Below are positions 53,424-62,100 of a stretch of DNA of 64,000 bases, piece by piece. A model generated the notes under the pieces. It was not told the DNA's origin, searched no databases, and worked only from the letters and a program-made list of their open reading frames with translations. Origin of the DNA: a virus (lineage: Duplodnaviria > Heunggongvirae > Uroviricota > Caudoviricetes); the IMG/VR virus record IMGVR_UViG_3300028454_001165, positions 1 through 64,000 of that record; one strand, given 5' to 3'. Each line of letters starts with the position of its first letter. Position 1 is the first letter of the stretch. The translations under genes were made by a program, and so were the position numbers.

Positions 53424-55424
53424 ATGAAATACGATTTTTGCGGATGGGCCACGCGGAACGACATTCTGTGCACCGACGGCAGGACCATCCGAAAGGATGC
53501 ATTCAAGGACTGTGACGGAAAGACCGTCCCCCTTGTTTGGAATCATCAGCACAACGACCCTGAAAATGTTCTGGGCCACGCGGTCTTGAAGAACATGGAC
53601 GAGGGCGTTTTCGCCTACTGCTCTTTCAACAGTACGAGAAAAGGGCAGAGTGCCAAGCTTGCCGTTGAGCATGGCGATTATGATTCCCTGTCCATTTTCG
53701 CAAACAGGCTCAAGCAGGTCGGCGGTGATGTTCTTCACGGCGAGATCAAAGAGGTATCCCTCGTTCTGGCCGGGGCCAATTCCGGCGCGCATATCGTGGA
53801 TGTGATTCGTCACGGAGAAATCTCCGAGGACGAATTTGTTCTTTATGCGGGTGAGGAGATCAGCTTTGAGCACGCCGACGATGAGCAGAACGACCTTGAA
53901 GCCGCGAAGCCCGACGCGAAGACGGTGAACAAGGAAGAGAAGGAAGAGGCGGGCGATAAGGACAAAAAGAAGACCGTCCGTCAGGTCCTCGATACGTTCA
54001 CCGAGAAGCAGCAGATCGCCCTGTATTCCGTCATCGGAGATATTATCGAAGGCGATGAAGACGCGGAGGACGGGGACGCAGAGGGAAAAGAGGCCTCTCA
54101 CGCCGATTCCAAGAAGGAAGAGAACAGCAAAGAGGACGACGAGACGGTCGGCGACATTCTCGAAACGCTCAATGACGAGCAGAGAGAAGTTGCCATTGCC
54201 CTGATCGCACAGGCGATTAAGGACAAGGAATCCAAGAAAGCGAAGCACTCCGACGAGCCGGAGGAAGGGGACAAGCCCGCATCCGAGCCCGAAGAGGAGA
54301 TCAAACACAATTCTGAAAATACCGAAGGAGGTACTGAAATGCACGACAACATTTTTGAGCGCAACTACGAGAACACCGCCGTTGAGACCGAGGGGGTCCT
54401 TTCCCACTCCGAGCAGGTGAAGATTCTCACCGAGGCAAGAAACGGCAAGGGAAGCCTGCGGGACGTGGTTCTCCAGCACGGAATCACCGATATCAGCAAT
54501 GCATATCCCGACGCAAAGACCGTCGGCGATCAGCCTCAGACCATTACCGGGAATCTCGGCTGGGTCAAGGAGGTTCTGTCCGGGGTACGTCACGCGCCGT
54601 TCGGCCGCATCAAGACGCTCTTTGCCGATATGACTGCCGACGATGCCCGCGCTAAGGGTTATCTGACCAAGGGCACGCAGAAGATCGAGGAAATTCTCAG
54701 GCTCCTGAAGCGCGAAACCTCGCCCGCCAGAATCTACAAGCTCCAGAAGCTTGACAAGGACGATATCGACGACATCACCGACTTCGACATCGTCGCGTGG
54801 CTGAAGAAGGAGATGCAGGTAATGCTCGACGCCGAGGAAGCCCGCGCGATCCTGATCGGCGACGGCCGCGGTATCACCGCAAGCGATAAGATCGACGAGG
54901 AGAAGATCCGTCCGATCTGGACGATGGAGGATCTTTTCGCTATTCAGGCTACTGCCATGGTTGCCTCCAGCGCGACGGACGACGACATCGCGAAGGCCGC
55001 TATCCGTTCCGCCGTGAAGGGGTTCGACGACTATGACGGTTCCGGCAATACGATTTTCTTCGTCGCTTCCGACAGACTTTCCGATATGCTTCTGCTCGAG
55101 GACGACTACGGTCACAGACTCTACAAGACGAAGACTGAGCTCGCGGCCGCTATCGGCGTGGAGAAGGTCGTCGGGGTTCCCGTCATGAAGAACAAGACCC
55201 GCACGGTCACCATCAGCAGTGTGGACCATACCCGCAATCTTGTCGGCATTATTGTCGATATGGCCGATTACACCGTGGGTCAGACCAAGGGCGGTCAGAC
55301 CAGCTTCTTCGACGACTTCGACCTCGACTTCAACAAGATGGAGTATCTGCTTGAGAAGAGAGAGTCCGGCACTCTTGTGAAGCCGAAGTCCGCCATCGTT
55401 CTCGAATACGAGCTGGGAAACTGA
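53424..55424 (+). CDS. fused prohead protease (S78-like) - acidic scaffold-like linker - HK97-fold major capsid protein (666 aa)
   Basis: N-terminal VPLVWNHQHNDPENVLGHA resembles S78 prohead protease (LLWQHD..PIG). Roughly 200-aa D/E/K-rich linker. C-terminal 300 aa with HK97-like blocks (ILIGDGRG..., TKTELAAAIGVEKVVGVPVM). Confidence 0.65.
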   Translation: MKYDFCGWATRNDILCTDGRTIRKDAFKDCDGKTVPLVWNHQHNDPENVLGHAVLKNMDEGVFAYCSFNSTRKGQSAKLAVEHGDYDSLSIFANRLKQVGGDVLHGEIKEVSLVLAGANSGAHIVDVIRHGEISEDEFVLYAGEEISFEHADDEQNDLEAAKPDAKTVNKEEKEEAGDKDKKKTVRQVLDTFTEKQQIALYSVIGDIIEGDEDAEDGDAEGKEASHADSKKEENSKEDDETVGDILETLNDEQREVAIALIAQAIKDKESKKAKHSDEPEEGDKPASEPEEEIKHNSENTEGGTEMHDNIFERNYENTAVETEGVLSHSEQVKILTEARNGKGSLRDVVLQHGITDISNAYPDAKTVGDQPQTITGNLGWVKEVLSGVRHAPFGRIKTLFADMTADDARAKGYLTKGTQKIEEILRLLKRETSPARIYKLQKLDKDDIDDITDFDIVAWLKKEMQVMLDAEEARAILIGDGRGITASDKIDEEKIRPIWTMEDLFAIQATAMVASSATDDDIAKAAIRSAVKGFDDYDGSGNTIFFVASDRLSDMLLLEDDYGHRLYKTKTELAAAIGVEKVVGVPVMKNKTRTVTISSVDHTRNLVGIIVDMADYTVGQTKGGQTSFFDDFDLDFNKMEYLLEKRESGTLVKPKSAIVLEYELGN

Positions 55425-55522
55425 TCGAGGACACAATTCAGGACGATGACGACGAGGACGTACTCGATCATCGCGACCGTGTAATTGTGTCCGCGAATTC
55501 AGAGTAAGCGGAGGAAATCAAA

Positions 55523-55858
55523 ATGGCAAAGTATTACGGAGCAATCGGTTTCGCCGATACGGTCGAGAAGGATCCGGTCAACCGGCCGGGCGTTTTCGAG
55601 GAGACCGTTTTGGAGCGGAATTATTACGGCGATGTCCTTTCAAACAACAGGCGGTATGAGAAGGGCGACGGGCTGAACGACAACCTGAACGTCCGCAATG
55701 AAATCAGTATCCTGGCCGATCCGTTCGCCGCCGAGAACTTCGTAAAAATGCGCTACCTGACATGGCTCGGCTCGAAATGGAAGATCACGGATGCGAAGGT
55801 CGACTTTCCCCGGATCGTGCTCACCGTAGGGGGTGTTTATAATGGACCGGAGGAATGA
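55523..55858 (+). CDS. head-tail joining / head completion protein candidate (111 aa)
   Basis: Position between capsid and tail-tube genes. Size typical. Confidence 0.4.
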   Translation: MAKYYGAIGFADTVEKDPVNRPGVFEETVLERNYYGDVLSNNRRYEKGDGLNDNLNVRNEISILADPFAAENFVKMRYLTWLGSKWKITDAKVDFPRIVLTVGGVYNGPEE

Positions 55859-56147
55859 ACTGCATGAAAAGCTCTGCGATCTCATCGGGTCGCGCCATGT
55901 CTATTTTCAGCCGCCGGAGACGGTGAAACTCGTTTATCCGTGCATTATTTACGGACTTAACGATATTGCCGTCCGGCGGGCTGACAATACGGCGTACAGC
56001 GGGAGACTGCGGTATGCAATAACGGTTATCGGCAAGGACCCGGATTATTCGGTTGTTAAGGAGCTGGCTCTCTGGCCGCTCTGTTCTTTCAACCGCCGTA
56101 TAATGGCGGACAACCTGAATCACTGGGTCTTTGAACTTTACTATTGA
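55842..56147 (+). CDS. head-tail adaptor / tail completion candidate (101 aa)
   Basis: AGGGGG 10 nt upstream. Position. Confidence 0.4.
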   Translation: MDRRNELHEKLCDLIGSRHVYFQPPETVKLVYPCIIYGLNDIAVRRADNTAYSGRLRYAITVIGKDPDYSVVKELALWPLCSFNRRIMADNLNHWVFELYY

Positions 56148-56161
56148 GGAGGAAAATCACA

Positions 56162-56857
56162 ATGTCTAAACTCGTTTGGGACAAGACCGGCGAACATTTT
56201 TATGAAACCGGCGTAGACCACGGCGTTCTTTACGTCTACGACGAGACGCTGACTGGCGACAACAAATACGGGGACGGTGTCGTCTGGAACGGCCTGACCT
56301 CCGTCAGCGAGAATCCGTCCGGCGCCGAACCCATGGCTCTCTATGCGGACAACATCAAGTACCTGAATCTGATGAGCGCGGAGGAGTTCGCCTGCACCAT
56401 CGAAGCGTACACCTACCCGGAAGAGTTCGGCGAATGCGACGGTTCCGCTGAAATCTCCGACGGCATCTACGTCCATCAGCAGAAGAGAAAGATGTTCGGC
56501 TTCTGCTACCGCACCAGAATCGGCAACGACGTGTCTCAGGACGATCTCGGCTACAAGATCCACATCGTTTACGGCTGTCTGGCGTCTCCTTCCGAGAGAA
56601 GCTATGCGACCGTCAACGACAGTCCCGAGGCGATCACGTTCTCTTGGGAAGTCAACACGACCCCCGTCGAAATCGGCACGATCAGCGGCACCGCCTACAA
56701 GCCGACTGCTTATCTGGAAATCGATTCGACCAAGATCGACTCCGCGAAGCTGACGATCCTTGAGAATAAGCTCTACGGAACGGACGGCACCGGCGGATCT
56801 TCCGGTACTGCTCCCAAGCTTCCCCTGCCGTCTGAAATCGTTGCTCTGATCGCATAA
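56162..56857 (+). CDS. major tail (tube) protein, paralog 1 (231 aa)
   Basis: GAGGAGGAAAATCAC RBS. Shares VVWNGLT.VS.NPSG.EP...ADN.KYLNL.SAEE...TIEAY.YP...QQKR.MFGFC.R..IGN...Y.IHIVYGC.ASPSE.SY.T.NDSPEAIT.SWEV with the next gene. Position before chaperones and tape measure. Confidence 0.6.
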   Translation: MSKLVWDKTGEHFYETGVDHGVLYVYDETLTGDNKYGDGVVWNGLTSVSENPSGAEPMALYADNIKYLNLMSAEEFACTIEAYTYPEEFGECDGSAEISDGIYVHQQKRKMFGFCYRTRIGNDVSQDDLGYKIHIVYGCLASPSERSYATVNDSPEAITFSWEVNTTPVEIGTISGTAYKPTAYLEIDSTKIDSAKLTILENKLYGTDGTGGSSGTAPKLPLPSEIVALIA

Positions 56858-56879
56858 GCAAAAGGGGAGGTGGTCTGCT

Positions 56880-57695
56880 ATGCCACGTCTCTCATGGGAC
56901 AGAAACAAAGACCGCAAATATGCGACCGGTACGGATCACGGCATACTGTTCCTGCGGAATCCTGACGGCACATATTCGAAGGGCGTGGTGTGGAACGGTC
57001 TGACCGCGGTCTCCATCAATCCTTCCGGCGGCGAACCAACCGCTTTCTGGGCGGATAACGCGAAATACCTGAATCTGCTGTCTGCCGAGGAATTAAGTCT
57101 GACAATCGAAGCGTACTCTTATCCGCGTCCGTTCAAGCCTTGTCTCGGGCGTCGCGAGCTGGTCGACGGCGTAACGGTCACACAGCAGAAACGGCAGATG
57201 TTCGGTTTTTGCTTTCGAAGTCTGATCGGCAATGCGGAAGAGGGAAACGACTACTCCTACGAGATCCATATCGTCTACGGATGCACGGCGTCTCCTTCCG
57301 AAAAGTCGTACTCTACGATCAACGACAGTCCAGAGGCAATCACTCTTTCATGGGAAGTCTCTACGCTTCCGGAAGTTGTCGAGGGATTCAAACCCACGGC
57401 GCACTTTGTGTTCAGCGGTCCGCGCTATAAGGACACCGGGCTTATGAATGTGCTCCGGGTGATCGAGGATCTTTTGTACGGTCTCGACGATGATGTATAT
57501 GTTCTCGATTCCGACGGAGAAAATATCCTTGACAGCGAAGGGGAGCCCGTCAAGTCTTTTGCATCCGAACCGCATCTGCCCTCCTTGCAGGAGATTCAGG
57601 AAGTCTACAATTCGGAGGCCTTCGCAGCCGCTTCCGACGATACCATGATCTTGGATTCAAGCGGATCAAAGATCCGGACATTCGTTCCGAACTGA
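56880..57695 (+). CDS. major tail (tube) protein, paralog 2 with C-terminal extension (271 aa)
   Basis: Roughly 55% identical by eye to the 56162 product over 190 aa. Extra 80-aa C-terminal region. Confidence 0.55.
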   Translation: MPRLSWDRNKDRKYATGTDHGILFLRNPDGTYSKGVVWNGLTAVSINPSGGEPTAFWADNAKYLNLLSAEELSLTIEAYSYPRPFKPCLGRRELVDGVTVTQQKRQMFGFCFRSLIGNAEEGNDYSYEIHIVYGCTASPSEKSYSTINDSPEAITLSWEVSTLPEVVEGFKPTAHFVFSGPRYKDTGLMNVLRVIEDLLYGLDDDVYVLDSDGENILDSEGEPVKSFASEPHLPSLQEIQEVYNSEAFAAASDDTMILDSSGSKIRTFVPN

Positions 57696-57760
57696 AAAAC
57701 GGGCCGTATTCAGGACAGCTGGCGGCCCATTATTTTTTTATACCGAAAGGGGAAAACAAA

Positions 57761-58156
57761 ATGCTTAAAAAAACCATGACTTACACTGATTACAACGGCG
57801 AACAGAGAACCGAAGACTTCTACTTCAATCTGACCAGAGCAGAGGTGACCGAGTTCGAGACCTCTGTGGACGGCGGACTTTCCGAGAGGATCAAGCAGAT
57901 CTCTCAGGAGAAGAAAGTTCCTGCGATCATGGAGCTTTTCAAGGAGCTTATCCTCCGTTCCTACGGTCAGAAGAGCCCCGACGGCAGACGCTTCATCAAG
58001 AACAAGGAACTGACCGAGGAATTCTCTCAGACGGAAGCCTATTCCGACCTGTACATGGAGCTCGCCACGAATTCGGCTTCCGCCGCGGCTTTTATCAACG
58101 GGATCATGCCCGCGGATATGAAGCAGAGCGCTCCGGCTCTCGAAATCGTCGACTGA
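57761..58156 (+). CDS. tail assembly chaperone (gpG-like) candidate (131 aa)
   Basis: GGGGAAAACAAA RBS. Position between tube and tape-measure genes. Acidic. Confidence 0.5.
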   Translation: MLKKTMTYTDYNGEQRTEDFYFNLTRAEVTEFETSVDGGLSERIKQISQEKKVPAIMELFKELILRSYGQKSPDGRRFIKNKELTEEFSQTEAYSDLYMELATNSASAAAFINGIMPADMKQSAPALEIVD

Positions 58157-58164
58157 TATAAACA

Positions 58165-58713
58165 ATGCTGCGCATCAACATTCCCTCCGGAGATATCTGG
58201 GACGAGCAGAATCAGGAGTTCTTATATTCGGAGGGAAAAACGATTCTGCTCGAGCACTCGCTTGTTTCCCTGGCGAAATGGGAAAGCCGGTGGAAAAAGC
58301 CATTTTTCTCCAAGACGCCGAAGACAAGGGCGGAATCTATAGACTACATTCGCTGCATGACGCTGACGCCGAATGTGGACAAGAAAATCTACGGGACGCT
58401 GACACAGGCGTCTATTGACATCGTCAATCAGTATATTGCCGACCCCATGACAGCAACGACTTTTTCGGATGGCGGAAAGACGAACCATCCTTCGAGGGAA
58501 ACCGTCACGGCGGAGCTGATCTACTACTGGATGACGGCGCTGCAGATCCCCTTCGAGTGCCAGAACTGGCATCTGAACAGGCTTCTGACGCTCATTCGGG
58601 TCTGCAATATTAAGAACCAACCGAAGAAAAAGAAGGGGACGAGCCGGGATTCGCTGTCCCAGAGAGCAAGGCTGAACCGGGAACGGAAGGCAAGGCTCGG
58701 AACCACTGGATAA
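58165..58713 (+). CDS. second tail assembly chaperone-like / hypothetical protein (182 aa)
   Basis: In the -1 frame relative to the 57761 gene, but its upstream frame is closed by TAA at 58159-58161, so no G/GT-type fusion at this point. No SD before ATG. Basic C-terminus. Confidence 0.4.
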   Translation: MLRINIPSGDIWDEQNQEFLYSEGKTILLEHSLVSLAKWESRWKKPFFSKTPKTRAESIDYIRCMTLTPNVDKKIYGTLTQASIDIVNQYIADPMTATTFSDGGKTNHPSRETVTAELIYYWMTALQIPFECQNWHLNRLLTLIRVCNIKNQPKKKKGTSRDSLSQRARLNRERKARLGTTG

Positions 58714-58731
58714 GGAAAGGGGGCGCCCGAA

Positions 58732-59109
58732 TTGATCTCATTCCGGCAGAAGGGAGACTTCAAGAAGCTGAGCGGGTATCTGGAAAAGGCGAAGGAAGTC
58801 TTCAATATCGGCATTCTGGACCGATACGGAGAAGAAGGCGTTCGGGCGCTTGCCGAAGCGACGCCGAAGGATACGGGTCTGACCGCGGCTTCATGGCGGT
58901 ACAGAATCGTCAGAGGGGAAGGATCCGTGACTATTTCATTCGACAACACGAACTTTCAAAATGGAGTGCCGATTGCGATCATCCTGCAATACGGACACGC
59001 TACACGAAACGGCGGATACGTGCAGGGGATCGACTATATCAACCCGGCGCTCCGTCCCGTTTTTGAGAAGATCGCCGACGCGGCATGGGAGGAGGTGAAG
59101 CGCGTATGA
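58732..59109 (+). CDS. tail component, HK97 gp10-like candidate (125 aa, TTG start)
   Basis: GGAAAGGGGG upstream of TTG. PKDTGLTAASWRY and ILQYGHATRNGGYVQG resemble the gp10 family as I recall it. Confidence 0.35.
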   Translation: MISFRQKGDFKKLSGYLEKAKEVFNIGILDRYGEEGVRALAEATPKDTGLTAASWRYRIVRGEGSVTISFDNTNFQNGVPIAIILQYGHATRNGGYVQGIDYINPALRPVFEKIADAAWEEVKRV

Positions 59110-62100
59110 GCAGAACGATCGATGAGAAAGTCGTCGAGATGCGGTTTGACAACGCGGACTTTGAGAGGAATGTCTCGCAGAGCATGTCCACGCTGGACAA
59201 GCTGAAGAGCGCGCTTGACTTTTCCGGGGCGGAGAAAGCTTTTTCCGGCATTTCATCGGCTGCGGACAATGTCGATTTCGGCGGACTGACCGGAGCGCTC
59301 AGCGGAGTCGGGGAGAAATTTTCGGCTCTTGAGACCATTGCGATCGGGGCGCTTATGAACATCGGCGCATCGATTGAGACATGGGTTGTCGATAAGCTGA
59401 AAGCCGTCAGCACGGACCAGATCGTAGCCGGTTTTGATAAATACGGTGAAAAGACGACTGCCGTTCAGACAATCATGAATGCCACAGGTCGGACGATTGA
59501 CGACGTATCGGATAAGCTGGCAACGCTAAACTGGTTTACGGATGAAACTTCCTACAATTTTACCGATATGACGAACAGTATCGGTAAGTTCACTTCTCAG
59601 GGAATTGAGCTTGAAGATGCTGTATCCGCTATGGAAGGTATTTCAACGGCGGCGGCTCTTGCCGGTCAGAACGCGGCTTCCGCAAGCCGGGTCATGTACA
59701 ACTTCTCGCAGTCGCTCGGCATGGGCGCGGTAAAATTGCCGGACTGGATGTCCGTCGAGAATGCCAACATGGCGACCGAAGAGTTCAAGCAGACGATCAT
59801 TGATACTGCTGTGGAGCTCGGACGACTGGATAAATACGGAAATATCAATGAAATCGCTTCGAGTAATTATAACGGTGATCACTTTGTCAATGTAGGCAAC
59901 TTCAGGTCGACTCTTGCGGCCGGATGGTTTGACAATAAGGTATTGATTGCCGCTATGAATAAGTTCGGCGGCTTCGCCGGGCGGCTGAACGAGGTTTACG
60001 ATCAGTTCAACGAGAATTATGACGTTACGACCTCCCAGATCCTGACATGGCTTAACGCATACATGGACGGGACACTTGAGATCGAGGATGTTGTTAAAAA
60101 AACCGGGCTCGCGGCTGAGGAAATTCTTCCTATTTTGGAAGAGTTGAGCAGCGACGAATATGAACTGGGCAGACGGGCTTTCGCTGCCGCGCAGGAAGCA
60201 AAGACATTCGAAGATGTTATCAATGCGACAACGGACGCCGTATCGACAGCATGGATGAATGTTTTTGAGAATATTTTCGGCAACTATGAGGAAGCGAAGG
60301 TCACGTGGACTCAGCTTTCCAATGAGTTATGGGATATATTTGCCGGGCCGATCAGCAATCTGAACGATCTTCTGACAGATTGGCATGATATGGGCGGCCG
60401 GGAAGATTTTATTCAGAGTATCAAGAATATGTACCACGCGGTACGGTCATTTCTCGATCCGATCGGAGAAGCATGGGAGGCGATGGAGGCGATGGAGGCC
60501 GAGGAGCTTTTCGGTATTACGAAGCGTTTCCGGGAGTTTACCGAAGGGCTGATCCTGAGCGAGGAGAAGATGGACAAGATTCGGGGGACATTTGAAGGAT
60601 TCTTCCGGGATCTTTCCGGCGTCAAGGACGGCCTCGGAGAATATCTCGGCGGGCTCTCCCGTGTCTTTTCTCTCGCAAAGGACGGGATCGGCGGTCTGAC
60701 CCGCGAGTTTGCTGCCGGTTTTTCCGGCACGAACGGTTTGTCCGGTTTCTTCGGCGGGATCTCCGATCTATACAGCCGCGCGGGAGCTGTGCTGAGCGAT
60801 TTTGCGATCGGAATTCGCAGAGTTCGCGGTGCGATGGATGCGCTTGCCGACGGAAGTCTTCTTGATACGGGCGTTCTTGAAAGTCTTCGGGAGCAGTATC
60901 CTCTGGCCGCAAAGCTCATTGGAATTTACGATAAGCTGGCAGAAACGATGAGGGTCTTCGGAACCGCTTTTGGAAAGTACATTGATCTATCGGTGTTTTT
61001 CAAAGACGGGGCCATATCATTCGACACCGTTGTCGATGGGATGACGAGCAGACTCGCCGCCTTCCTCGGAGCAATTACGGAGGTCGTTCATATCTGGACG
61101 GGAGCGGATATTGCCGGTACTGCGGACGGTATTCGGAAGATCCTGTTTGATTTGGCAGACGGACTGAAGACGCTGGCCCATCATGAGGGCTGGGGCAAGA
61201 TCAAGGACGGAATCCTCGGTATCGGTACGGCGTTCCGGGAGACCTTCGGCGGGATCGAGGAGTTCTTCGGTCCGGCTTGGACGGCTGCCGTTACAATCTT
61301 CAACGACTGGCTCGAAGGAATCCGAATGCTTCTCGGCAGTACGGGCGGCGATCTCGACGGTTTCTTCGGCACTATCGTCGGAGGGCTCGAGACAGTTCAG
61401 GATTTTATTCGGAACAACGAAGGATTTTCCGCCTTCATCAACGGGATCAAGGACGGCATCGTGTTTGTCTCAGAGTTTCTGACGAAATTTCTGTCTTTGA
61501 CGGATTCGATCCGTGTGTATCAGGAGAACGGCGGAGGGCTTACGGGACTGCTTGCTGTTATCGAAGACAAGCTGAAAATTATACTGGACACAGTATTCGA
61601 CATAATTCAAAATGTGACCGGTCTCGATCTTCACTATATCGGGGACGGCGTCATCGACGTGATTCAGGGGATCGGCTTCGCGCTTTTGCAGGTAGCCGAC
61701 ACGGTATCCAAAGCCTTCGGGTGGAATGACAATCCGTTCGGAAAGCTTCTTGAAAGCCTCGGCGGAGAGTACGGTGGATTTGAGGGTGTCGGTGTCGATC
61801 TGAGCGGCATTTTCGACAAGATCGGCGGGGCGTTCTCCAAGTTCGGGGAGATTGTTCAGAAGATGGCTCCGGGCGTGAGTGATCTGCTCTCTGGACTCGG
61901 AAAGATTTTAGGCGACGTTGTCAAGCTGATCCGGGATCTCACTAACGGGATCGATCTGCCGACGCTGACCGAGCTTATTCTTCTTGCGATCAAGGCGTTT
62001 GCGACGATCCGGCTGATGCACAAGGCCGGGGATGCTCTGGAAGCGGTCGGCAATGCTCTGACCTCATGGCAGAAGACGCTGAAGGTCACGATGCTGCTTG

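Noticed and set aside
57761-58713. Programmed -1 frameshift fusion of the two tail chaperone genes (gpG/gpGT-like)
   Set aside because: The 58165 reading frame is closed by TAA at 58159-58161, immediately upstream of its ATG. A fusion cannot occur at the gene junction. A slip further upstream was not found.
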